Source: the human T2T-CHM13v2.0 reference genome, Homo sapiens. From it: a stretch of 64,000 bases of DNA. The notes beneath the pieces were generated by a model. The model made no database searches. It was not told the origin of the DNA and saw only the letters and a list, made by a program, of their open reading frames with translations. The position numbers and the translations under genes are program-made. The stretch is from NCBI RefSeq assembly GCF_009914755.1, contig NC_060943.1. One strand, given 5' to 3'. Below, piece by piece: positions 52,951 to 64,000 of this stretch (the first letter of the stretch is position 1; each line of letters opens with the position of its first letter).

Positions 52951-54480
52951 TCGTAACACATTTTTTTGACTTTTTTTTTTTTTTAACATTGCCATCTAAA
53001 CAAGACACTCAGCTAGTGAGGAAATATGTGATCTATATGATGTCTCCATAATTTCACCTACTTACAATGAGGCCACCTTTTAAAAAATCTGAATTTTTGA
53101 AGCCTGTTTTGTTTGTTAAACTTTCTACATAAGAAAATTAATGTTGACTTGGTGGAATAGGGTGGAGTTTTTCAATGATGTTATTTGGCCATATACACAA
53201 AAGGAATATGATAGGTGGAGAATAGTAAAATTAAGAAGTAATCAGTGTAACAGTATTTCTCTGAAAAGCTGCTCATTTTTTTATGTGAATTTAGGCATTG
53301 TGTGCATGTGAGTTTAAAATTAGTGTGTTCCTCATCAAGTGACCTCATAGTGACCGTTTTTATCCCTAATCATGTTTTTTCCTTTAGAGAGTAATAGAGC
53401 TAGATATTTTCCTAATATAACAGGTTCCATCTTTTGTGTGTGAGACAGCTTTCTGTTTTGTTTTTGTTTGTATGCATACATGCACCTAATACAATTATGC
53501 TATTATTAGCGTAAACAGTTGTTTCAGTACCTTTAGTGATGTTTGGTTACATGGATGAATTGTGCAGTGATGAAGTTGGAGATTTTACTGCATCTGTTAC
53601 CCGAGTAGTGTACGTTGTACCCAATATGTAGTTTTTTATCCCTCACCCCACACCCGGCCTCCCCCTTCTGGGTCTCCAGTGTCCATTATATTACTCTACT
53701 CTGTATGCCTTTTCGTACCCATAGCTTAGCTCCCACTTATAAGTGAGAACAGGTGGTATTTGGTTTTCCACCCCTGAGTTACTTCACTGGAGGATAGTGG
53801 CCTGCAGTTCCATCCAAGTTGCTGCAAAAGACATCATTTCATTCACTTTTATGGCTGAGTAGTATGCCATGGTGTATATGTACCACATTTTCGTTATCCA
53901 CTTATTGACTGACAGACACTTAGGTTGGTTCCATATCTTTGCAGCTGTGAATTGTGCTGCAATAAATGTGCAGTTGTCTTTTCGATACAGTGACTTCTTT
54001 TCCTTTGGGTAGATAGTAGTGGGATTGCTGGATCAAACGGTAGATCTACTTGTAGTTCTTTGAGAAATCTCCATAGTGTTTTCCACAGAGGTTGTACTAA
54101 TTTACATTCCCACCAGCAGTGTATAAGTGTTCCCTTTTCATCACATCCATGCATTATCTATTGCTTTTAGACTTTTTAGTAATAACCATTGTAGCTGGGG
54201 TAAGGTGGTATCTCATTGTGGCTTTAATTTGCATTTCCCTAATGAATATTTTTTCATGTTTGGCCATTTGTTTATCTTCTTTAGAGAAATGTCTGTCATT
54301 TGCCCACTTTTTAATGGGATTTTTTTTCTTGTTGATTTGTTTGAGTTCCTTGTAGATTCTGGATATTAGTCCTTTGTCAGATACATGGTTTGCAAATATT
54401 TTCTCCCGTTTTGTGGGTTGTCTGTTTACTCTGATGATGATTTCTTTGACTGTGCGGATGCTTCTTAATCTAATTAGGTT

Positions 54481-54876
<396 letters not shown>

Positions 54877-57059
54877 CTAATTAGGTTCTATTTATTCATT
54901 TTTGTTTTTGTTGCATTTACTTTTGGGGTCTTAGTCATAAATTGTTTGCCTAGGCCAATGTCTGGGAAAGTTTTTCTAGGTTTTCTTCTAGAATTTTTAT
55001 GGTTTCAGGATTTATATTTGTTTTTAATCCATCTTCAGTTGATTTGTGTATATCGTGAGAGATGAGGATCCAGTTTCATTCTTCTACATGTGGCTATCCA
55101 GTTTTCCCAGCACCATTTATTGCATTTATTGACTAGGGTGTCCTTTTCCCCAGTTGATGTTTTTGTATGCTTTGTTGAAGATCAGCTGGTTCTAAGTATT
55201 TGACTTTATTCCTGGGTTCTCTATTCTGTTCCATTGTTCTATGTATCTATTTTTATACCAGTGCCATGCTGTTTTGGTTACTATAGCCTTGTATTATAAT
55301 TTGAAGGCAGGTAATGTGATGCCTCCAGATTTATTATTTTTGCTTAGGATTACTTTGGTTATTTGGGCTCTTTTTTGGTTCCATATGAACTTCAGAATTT
55401 TTTTCTAATTTTGTGAAAAATATTGTTAGTATTTTGATAGGAATTGTATTACGTCTGTGAATTGCTTTGAGCAGTATGATATCGATTCTTCCAATCTGTG
55501 AGTATGGGATATATTTCCATTTGTGTCATCTGTGACGATTTCTTTCAGCAGTGTTTAGTAGCCCACCTTGTTGTGATCTTTCACCTCCTTGGTTAAGTAT
55601 ATTCCTAAGTATTTTATTTTATTCTTGTTTTTAGCAGTTGTAAAAGGGATTGGATTTTTTATTTGATTCACAGCTTGGATGTTGGTGTACAGCATTGCTA
55701 CTGATTTGTGTAGATTTATTATGTAACCTGAGACTTTACTGAATTTATTTATCAAATTTAGAAGTGTTTTGGAGGAGTCTTTAGGGTCTTCTAGGTGTAA
55801 GATTGTATCAATGGTGAACAGAGATAATTTGACTTCCTCTTTTCCAATTTGGATACCCTTTATTTCTTTCTCTTGCCTGATTGCTCTGGCTAGGACTTCC
55901 TGAAAACAGTTTTTAACCTACTCTGACAGTGTCTTAAAACTGTCAAGTATAGTCTGTATTTTATTGTAATTACTCTTACTGGGAGGACTTTACTAATTTG
56001 CTTTGGGCATTTTATTTACCCTGCTTGTTGATTGCCTTTCCTTTTCTTTTTTTTTTTTTTTTAACTGTTGCTCAGACTTAAGTACTTCCCTCTTCCTCTA
56101 CTGATGGGGAAGTTACATATTTGCTATATTTTAATGTTTTGGCACTTGAAAAGTATGTACTATTATCACTTTATTGTAGCGTTTATAGTACTTGGTTTCA
56201 TTTGTGTCTAACAGCTTTATTGAGGTATAATTTACATTCTGTAACATCCACTTTACAGTATGCACTTTGGGGTTTTTTAGTAGATTTTGAGTTGTGCCAT
56301 GTTGACCACAACTCAGTTGTAGAACATTTCCATTGTTTTAAAAACATCCCTTTTGCCTATTTACAGTAAATTCCTGTTCCTATCCCCAACCCCGGGACAC
56401 CTTAACTAATATGCTTTCTCTATAGAGTTCTCTTTTCTGGACAATTAATAGAATCATACAGTATGTAGTGTTTTGCATTTACCTTTCGATATAAGGTTTT
56501 TGAGGTTCATCCATTTTTTAAAAATCATGCATCAGTAACTTGTTTTTTCTTATTGCTGCATGGTATTACATTGTATGGATATACCACATTTTGCTTATTC
56601 ATTCACAAGTTGATAGACCCTGAATTGTTCAGGCTATAATCAATAATGTTGCTATGAACATTCATATATCAGCCCTTGTGTGAATATGTGTTTTTATTTA
56701 TTTAGGGTAAATACCTAGGAGTGGAATTGTTGGGTTGGATGGTGAATTCAGGTTTAACTTTTTAAGAAATTGCACAGTTTTTCAAAGAGGCTGTATAATT
56801 TTATATTCCCATCAGCAATGTTTGAGATTTCCAGTTTCTCCACATCTTTGGCAGCACTGTTACTATTTTGTCTTTTTTATTATAGCCTTTATAGTGGCTG
56901 TGGAATATAATAATTGTATTAATTTACATTTCTGTAGCGACTAATGATGTTGAAGGTCTTTTCATGTGCTTTTAGTTCTATTTACATCTTCTTGGAAGTA
57001 TCTATTCAAATCTTTGGCTCAGTCTTTAATTGGTTGTCTTACTGAGTTATAAGAAGTTC

Positions 57060-57348
57060 TTTTTAAAAATTTATTTATTTTAATTAGAGACAGGGTCTTG
57101 CTCTGTCACCCAGTAGGGTGCAGCGTCATGATCATGGCTCACTGCAGCCTTGACCTCCTGGGCTCAAGTGATCCTCCCACCTCAGCCTCCTGAGAAGCTG
57201 GGATTACAGGCACGTGCCACCATGCCCAGCTAATTTTTAAATTTTTTGCAGAGGCAGGGTCTCGCTGTGTTGCCCAGGCTGATCTAGAACTCCTAGCTTC
57301 AAGCAGTGCTCCTGCATAGACCTCCCAAAGTGCTGGGATTACAGGTGT
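57060..57348 (-). mobile_element. AluJ-type SINE
   Basis: cactgcagccttgacctcctgggctcaagtgatcctcccac. Flanked by taaga(a)gttcttt. Confidence 0.9.
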
Positions 57349-57509
57349 GTTTAAGAGTTCTTTATATAGTCTAAATACAAGCCCTTTGTCAAATATATGA
57401 ATTGCAAATATTTTCTCTAAGTCTGTGGCTTGTCTTTGATTTTTTAAATGTCTTTTGAAGCACAAAATCTTTAGTTTTAATGAAGTCCAATTGATATACC
57501 TCAATATAT

Positions 57510-57635
57510 ATTATACCTCCATAAAGCTGTTAGATACAAATGAAACCAAAGTACTATAGACACAAATGAAACCAAAGTACTATAAACACTACAATAAAGT
57601 GATCATAATAGTACATACTTTTTAAGTGCCAAAAC

Positions 57636-57638
<3 letters not shown>
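57510..57638 (-). repeat. Inverted copy of 56133-56231 containing an internal 26 bp tandem duplication
   Basis: Reverse-complement match with a few substitutions and small indels. Duplicated unit taga(t/c)acaaatgaaaccaaagtacta at 57531-57556 and 57557-57582. Confidence 0.93.

Positions 57639-57686
<48 letters not shown>
57639..57686. repeat. (TA)24 microsatellite
   Basis: Perfect TA run, counted directly. Confidence 0.95.
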
Positions 57687-57691
<5 letters not shown>

Positions 57692-59394
57692 GGTTAGTGT
57701 TTTTGGTATCTTATCTAAGAATTCTTTAATCCAGAATAATAAAACTTTTCTCCCATGTTTTCTTCTAGAAGTTTTATACTTCAGCTCTTAAGAGTTAGGG
57801 CTATGATCTGTTTTGTGTGTGGGGTGAGTCCAGGGTCTAAATCTGACTTTTTGCACGGATAATTTTAATACCATTTAATAGTTCTAGAGCTGTTGAAAAG
57901 ACTGTCCTTTTTGCAGTGAATGCTTTAGCATCTTTTTTTGAAAATAGTTGACTATAAGCATAAGGTTGTTTGTGTACTGAGTGCTTGTCTGTCCTTATAT
58001 CACTTCCAGTGGTCTTAATTACTGTGGCTTTACTTACAACAAACTTTCAAATATGGAACTGTTAAACCCTTCAATTTTGTTCTTTTTCAAAATTTTTTTG
58101 GGGTATTCTGAGCCCTTTCCATATCCACATAAATTTTAAGGTCAGCTTACCCACTTCTGCAAAAATGCCTTTTGGGATTTTTACAGGGATTGTGTTAAAT
58201 CTGTAGATGAATTTGGGGAGAACTGCCATGCTTATATTGAGTCTGCGAATCTGTGAACATGGAATGTTTATTTGTTTATATCTTGATTAGTTTCTCTCAG
58301 TGTGTATAAAAGATTACTTTCAAAACATTGTTTTCAGTTTACAAATCTTTCGTTAAATTTATTCCTAAATTTTTAATTCTTTCAGGTGCAGTTGTAAATG
58401 GAGTTTTTTCCTTAATGTCATTTTTGAATTGTTCATTGATAATATATGTATAATTAATTTTTGTATATTGGCTTTGTATCCTGCAACCTTCCTGAGCTCA
58501 TTTATTAGTTCTTGTCAAGGGGGTGTGTGTGAGAGGGAGAGTGAGTGAGTGTATGTGTGTGATTGTATATTCTTTAATATTTGCTACGTATAGGATTGTG
58601 TCATTTGTGAATAGAGAATCTTACTTCTTTCCAATCTTGATTCCTTGTCTTTTTCTTGCCTGATTATATTGGCTAGAGTCTCTAGTAAACCTTGAATAGA
58701 AGTGGGTGAGAACACCTATCCTTCCTTGTTCCCAATCTTAGGGAGAAGATATTCAACCTTTCATCAGTAGGTATGATGTTGGCTATAGGTTTTCTGTAGC
58801 TGCCTTTTATTAGATTGAGAAAAATTCCTTTTATTCGTAGGTTTGTTGGAGTTTTCTTTCATGAATGGAGTTGAATTTTTCAGACGCTTTTTATGCAGCC
58901 CTTGTTCCTTCTTTAGTATAATACATTAATTTTCTGATTAAATTTTCTGATTAAATTAATTTTCTGATTAAACCAATCCTGCATTCCTGGGATAAAGCCC
59001 ATTTTTAATGTGCGTGATCCTTTTTATATGTTACTGAATTTGGTTTGCTGATGTTTTGTTGAGAATATTTGTGTATATATTCATGAGGGATATTGATCTG
59101 TCATGTTCTATTTTTGTGATGTCTTTGTTTGGTTTTTATATAAGGATAATATTGACCTCACAAAATCAGATGGGAAGTATACTCTTCTGGATGAATTTGT
59201 GAAGGACTAGTACTATTTCTTCTTTAAATGTTTGATAGAATTCATCAGTGAAACCATTGGGCCTGCAGTTTTCTTTGTGTGAAGATTTGTAATTGCTATT
59301 AAAGTTCTTATTTTAAGTCTATTTAAGTTTTATATTTCTTCTTGAGTCCATTTGATAATTTGACTCTTTGTAGGAATTTGTCCATTTCATGTAA

Positions 59395-59625
<231 letters not shown>

Positions 59626-60844
59626 TGATTTTGCTAATTTTTGTCCTATATTTTTTGTAATTCTAACTATAGGTCTGTCAGTTTTATTGACCTTTTCAGA
59701 GAAACTTTTTGATTTTGTTGATTTTCCTCTAGTTTTCTATTCCAGTGACTTTTACTTTAATCTTTATTATTTCCTTTCTTCTTCCTTGCCTTTTATAGTT
59801 TTTAAAGGTGTTAATCTATTGATTTGAGACTACTGTCTTCTAATGTAGGTGTTTAAAGATATAAATTGACCTCTAGGCACTAACCCTTAGCTGCATCCAG
59901 TGACATTTGATTTGTTTTAATTTTTCTGTAGTTAAAAATATTTTCTAATTTCTCTTGAGATGTCTTTTTTGACTCATGGGTTACTGTAATATGTATTGTT
60001 TAATTTCCAAATATTAGTGGGTTTCTCAAGTTTCTTTCTGTTGGTTCCTGCTTTAATTGTGTTGTGTCTGGAGAAAACATTTATTATGTCTTTAGTTTTT
60101 AAAAATTCATTAGGACTTTTTAAAAATGGGTAGCATATGTTCTCCTGTGTGTGCTTCAAAAGAATACGTATTCTGTTGTTTTATGGAGTGTTCTGTTGAT
60201 GTCATGTCAAGGTCATTGTTATTGTTGTCTTCTGTATTCTTGCTGATTTTTTGTCTAGTTGTGCTATCCGTTATTGAGAGTGGGATACTGAGGCCTTACA
60301 CTATTATTGTTAAATAGTCCTACCTTTCAAGTTCTGTTAGTTTTTGTTTCATGCATTTTTTTCTCTGTTGTTAGGTACATATATGTTTGTCATTGTCATA
60401 TCTTCTGATTAATTGAAGCTTTTATTATTACAAAATGTCCCTTTTTTCTCTAGTAACATTTTAATTTTAAAGCCTATGTCAGTTTTGTCTGATATGATTA
60501 TGACCACTCCACCTTGGTTATGGTTATGCTTATGTGGTATCTCTTTTTTCATCCTTTTTAGCATTTGTATCTTGTGGGCAGCATGTGGTTGAATTTTGTT
60601 TTTAAAAAGTCTATTTTGCCAGCCTGTCTTTTTATTGAAATGTGTGTTAATTCATGTAATTGTTGATATGGCTCATTTACATATCAATAGCTCATGCCAT
60701 TTTGTTAGTCATTTTTTATATGTCATGTCTTTTTTGTTCCTCTGTTCCTCCTTGGTTACCTTTTTTTGTGTATGTTAAATAAATCTTTTAGTATAAACTT
60801 TGAATTCCTTTACAAAAAGAAACTGTACTTTTTTTTTTTTTAAA

Positions 60845-60972
60845 CCCACAAATTTATTTCTTACATTTGTGGAAACTGGGAAGTCAAGGTTAGCAGCTGA
60901 TTTGGTTCCTGCCGAGGGCTCTCTTCCTGGGCTGCAGATGGCCTCCTGTGTCCTCACATAGTAGAAGAGAGC
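60845..60972. mobile_element. MaLR (MLT1/MST-like) LTR fragment within L1
   Basis: aaatttatttcttaca...ctgggaagtcaag...gagggctctcttcctgg...gtgtcctcacat motifs. Confidence 0.7.
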
Positions 60973-63054
60973 TTTACTCTTTTTTATGAGTTATTTTATA
61001 GTGGTTGCTCTAGAGTTTATAGGATGCATTGTAACATTATAACCTGCGTCAGAATAATACTAACTTAATTCTGGCAGACTTTGCTTCAGCATAGCTCTAG
61101 TCTCTTTTTCCTTTGTCCTATTATTGTAATATATTTTATAACAGTACAGGTTTATTATTTATAACTATATGGGTTCATTATTTTTCCATGCAATTATCTT
61201 TTAAGTAAGAGAAGAAAACTTAAAAAGAGTATTTTTTCTATTTTTTACATTTGCCTACATAATTACTTTTACTGGTACTTTAATTTTTTATGTGGATTCA
61301 AGTTACCATCTGGTGGTGTTTCCTTTCAGCCTGAAGTACTTGCTTTAGCATATCTTGTAAAAAAAATTTTGGTGGCAACAAATTCTCTTTGTCTATCTGG
61401 GAAGATCTTTATTTTTGTCCTCTTTTTTGAAGGATAGTTTTACTGGATTTAGAATTCTTGTTTGACAGTAGAGTATGTTATACCACTTAATTCTGGCCTT
61501 CATTGTTTCTTTTGAGAAGTCAGCTGCTAATTTTACTGGGGTTCCCCTGTGCATGATAAGTCCATTTTTCTCTTGCTGCTTTCAAGATTTTGATGTGTAT
61601 CGGTGTGGATATTTTAATGTTTATTCTACTTGGATTTTATTGAGATACTTGGATATACAGATTTATACTTCTTACTAAATTTGGAATGTTTTCAGACATT
61701 AAAAACTTCTATGACTCTTCAAAAGATGTCAAAACTTGTATGGCCCTCACTATTCTTTTCTTCTGGGATTCCCATTATGCATATGTTGGTATTGATTGTA
61801 ACCCACAGATTTCCTACTTGGTTCATTTTTCATTCTCACTTCTGTTCTTCAGATTGTGTAATTTGTATTGATTTATCTTTGAGTTCACTGATTCTTCCTT
61901 CTGCATTCAAGTTTGCTGTTGTCCCTCTAATGAAGCTTTCACTTTAGTTACTTTTCAACTCCAGAATTTCCATTTTTTAAAAAATGTTGATCTCTTTATT
62001 AAGTGTTCTCTGATTAGTCATTGTTTTCATGCTTTGATTAAACACGGTTTTCTTTTGTTCTTTGAAGATGTATTTTTATTGGCTGCTTTGAAGTCTGTCT
62101 GTTAAGTCCAACATTTGGGAACCCTTGGAAATAGCTTCTGTTTATACTGAGTATTTTTTTTTTTATACTAGATAAGCCATACTTTCCTGTTTAAAACTGG
62201 ACATTTTAAATAATACATTGTAACAGCATTTATTTCTGATACTCTCCTGCCAGGGGTTATTGTCCCTTTTTTTGTTTGTTTTATGACTTGGCCAAGATTA
62301 ATAATGAGTTTTTCTCTACAGCGTGTGGCCTCTGATGTCTCTCCTCAGTTATGTTTGACTACTTATGGGTCACCTTGGATCAATATATCTTAGTGATCAG
62401 CTGGTGACTGGTCAGAGATTGTACTTAGGCATCTTGTTTTGGTAAGACTTTCATCCTTTGTCAAAGTCTCTGTTTTGTTTGAGGAACACACTGAAAATTT
62501 ATGCAGTTTACGAGTCTTCCCTGGGGGTATGTATATAGTTAGAGCCTTCTCTGGTCTCTCAGCATGTTCATACCCTAATATGCCCATTACCTTTCAAAAT
62601 GTAAGCTTATCAAGGACTATGATTGTCTCACTTCCTGATTGTTTCTGTTAAATCTCCAGGCAGAAAATTTTTTTCTTCTGATCTCTTGGTTGGCCCAGCT
62701 ATAGTATTTCAGCTTCAGGTCATCTATGATGTATGTGGACCTCTCCTATGTTTGGCACTGAAATTGCTATATTTAACAAAGCCCCTGGGCGTTGGGTTTT
62801 TCCACGTTGTTTCAGATTGAGTCAGCTCCCTACAGTATAAATGCTTCTGGTTTTACAAGCTGTCCCACCCTGTTAGAACTATTGTCTGAAGGAGCTGGGG
62901 TGAGGGAGAGTGGTCACAATGCCACATACTGTCATCATTTTTACCCAACTTTCAGTAGTTTTCTTGAATAAACACTTCTCCATTTGTCCTATGTTTTGGT
63001 CAATACTCAGAGGTGAAAAGTAGTTGTTTTTGATAATTTTGTCTAATTTTTTTA

Positions 63055-64000
63055 AAAGTCTGTTTTTTAAGAGCAATTTTAGATTCACAGCAGTACTGAG
63101 CAGAAGGTACAGAGATTTTCCATATATCCCATGCTCCCACACCTGCATAGCCTCCCCTATCATCAACATCCCCACCAGAGTGATACATTTGTTACAATAG
63201 TTGAATATCCATTGCCACAGTAGTTGAATATCCATTGCCACATCATCACCCGAAGTTGATAGTTTGTATTAGAATTCACTCTTGGTGGACATTCAGTTGC
63301 TTTGGATAAATATATAAGAACACATATCCACCATTATAGTTGCTGAGTAGTCTCACTGCCCTAAAAATCCTCTGTGCTGTGCCTATTCATCCGTCCCTAT
63401 GCCCCAATACCTGGTAATCACTGATTTTTAAAATTGTCTTCATAGTTTTGCTTTCTCTGGGATGTCATGTAGTCGGAATCACATAATGTTTAGCTTTTTA
63501 AGATTGGCTTCGTTCTCCTTTGAGTTTCCATAATGTCTTTTCATGGTTTGATAGATCTGAAAATAATATTCCATTGTCGGGATGTACCGCAGTTCATCCA
63601 TTCACCTACTGAAGGACATCTTGGTTGCTTTCAAGTTTTGGCAAGTACAAGTAAAACTGCTATAAACATCAGTGTGTGGCTTTTTGTGTGGACATACGTT
63701 TTCAGCTTCTTTGGGTAAATACCAAGTGGTATGATTGACAGATCATATGGTAAGACTATGTTTTGTAAGAAACTGCCAAACCGTCTTCCAATCTAGCTGT
63801 ACTATTTTGCATTCCCACCAGCAATGAATGAAAGTTCCTGTTGCTCCACATTCTAGCCAATATTTGGTGGTGTCACTGTTCTGGATTTTGGCTATTCTAA
63901 TAGGTGTGTAGTGGTAACTCATTGTCATTTTAATTAGCATTTACCTGATAAAACATGATATGGATCATCTTTTCAGATGCTTATTTGCCATCTGTGTGTC
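63055..64000 (-). mobile_element. L1M-type 3' end, running off the window
   Basis: ttttagattcacagca...agaaggtacagagattt 3'UTR. Minus ORF 63743..63940 (HYTPIRIAKI...HCWWECKIVQ) is the L1 ORF2 C-terminus. Confidence 0.88.

Noticed and set aside
57531-57582. 26 bp direct repeats as a CRISPR-like array
   Set aside because: Only two adjacent copies with no spacers, in eukaryotic context; explained by the templated insertion.

Overview
Human (primate) genomic DNA: AT-rich and dense in Alu and L1 repeats. It holds the 3' part of URI1 (unconventional prefoldin RPB5 interactor, C19orf2/RMP) on the + strand. Ten coding exons (exons 2-11 by my numbering; exon 1 lies upstream of the window) join through GT-AG junctions into one reading frame ending at TAG 47481-47483. 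A roughly 1.5 kb 3'UTR follows, then about 15 kb of nested, mostly antisense L1/Alu sequence. I found no prokaryote-type system (CRISPR, operon) and no second gene. The most unusual items are: a ~78 bp diverged mitochondrial 12S rRNA fragment (micro-NUMT) inside an Alu that sits inside an L1; two independent short inverted duplications that each copy a nearby retroelement/flank junction; inverted Alus bracketing exons 3-4 (circRNA architecture); a candidate deeply conserved enhancer in intron 4; a possible alternative terminal exon in intron 9 using the poly(A) signals of a sense L1PA; and a possible long-range duplex in the 3'UTR. Repeat subfamily calls and comparisons to reference sequences come from memory, not searches.
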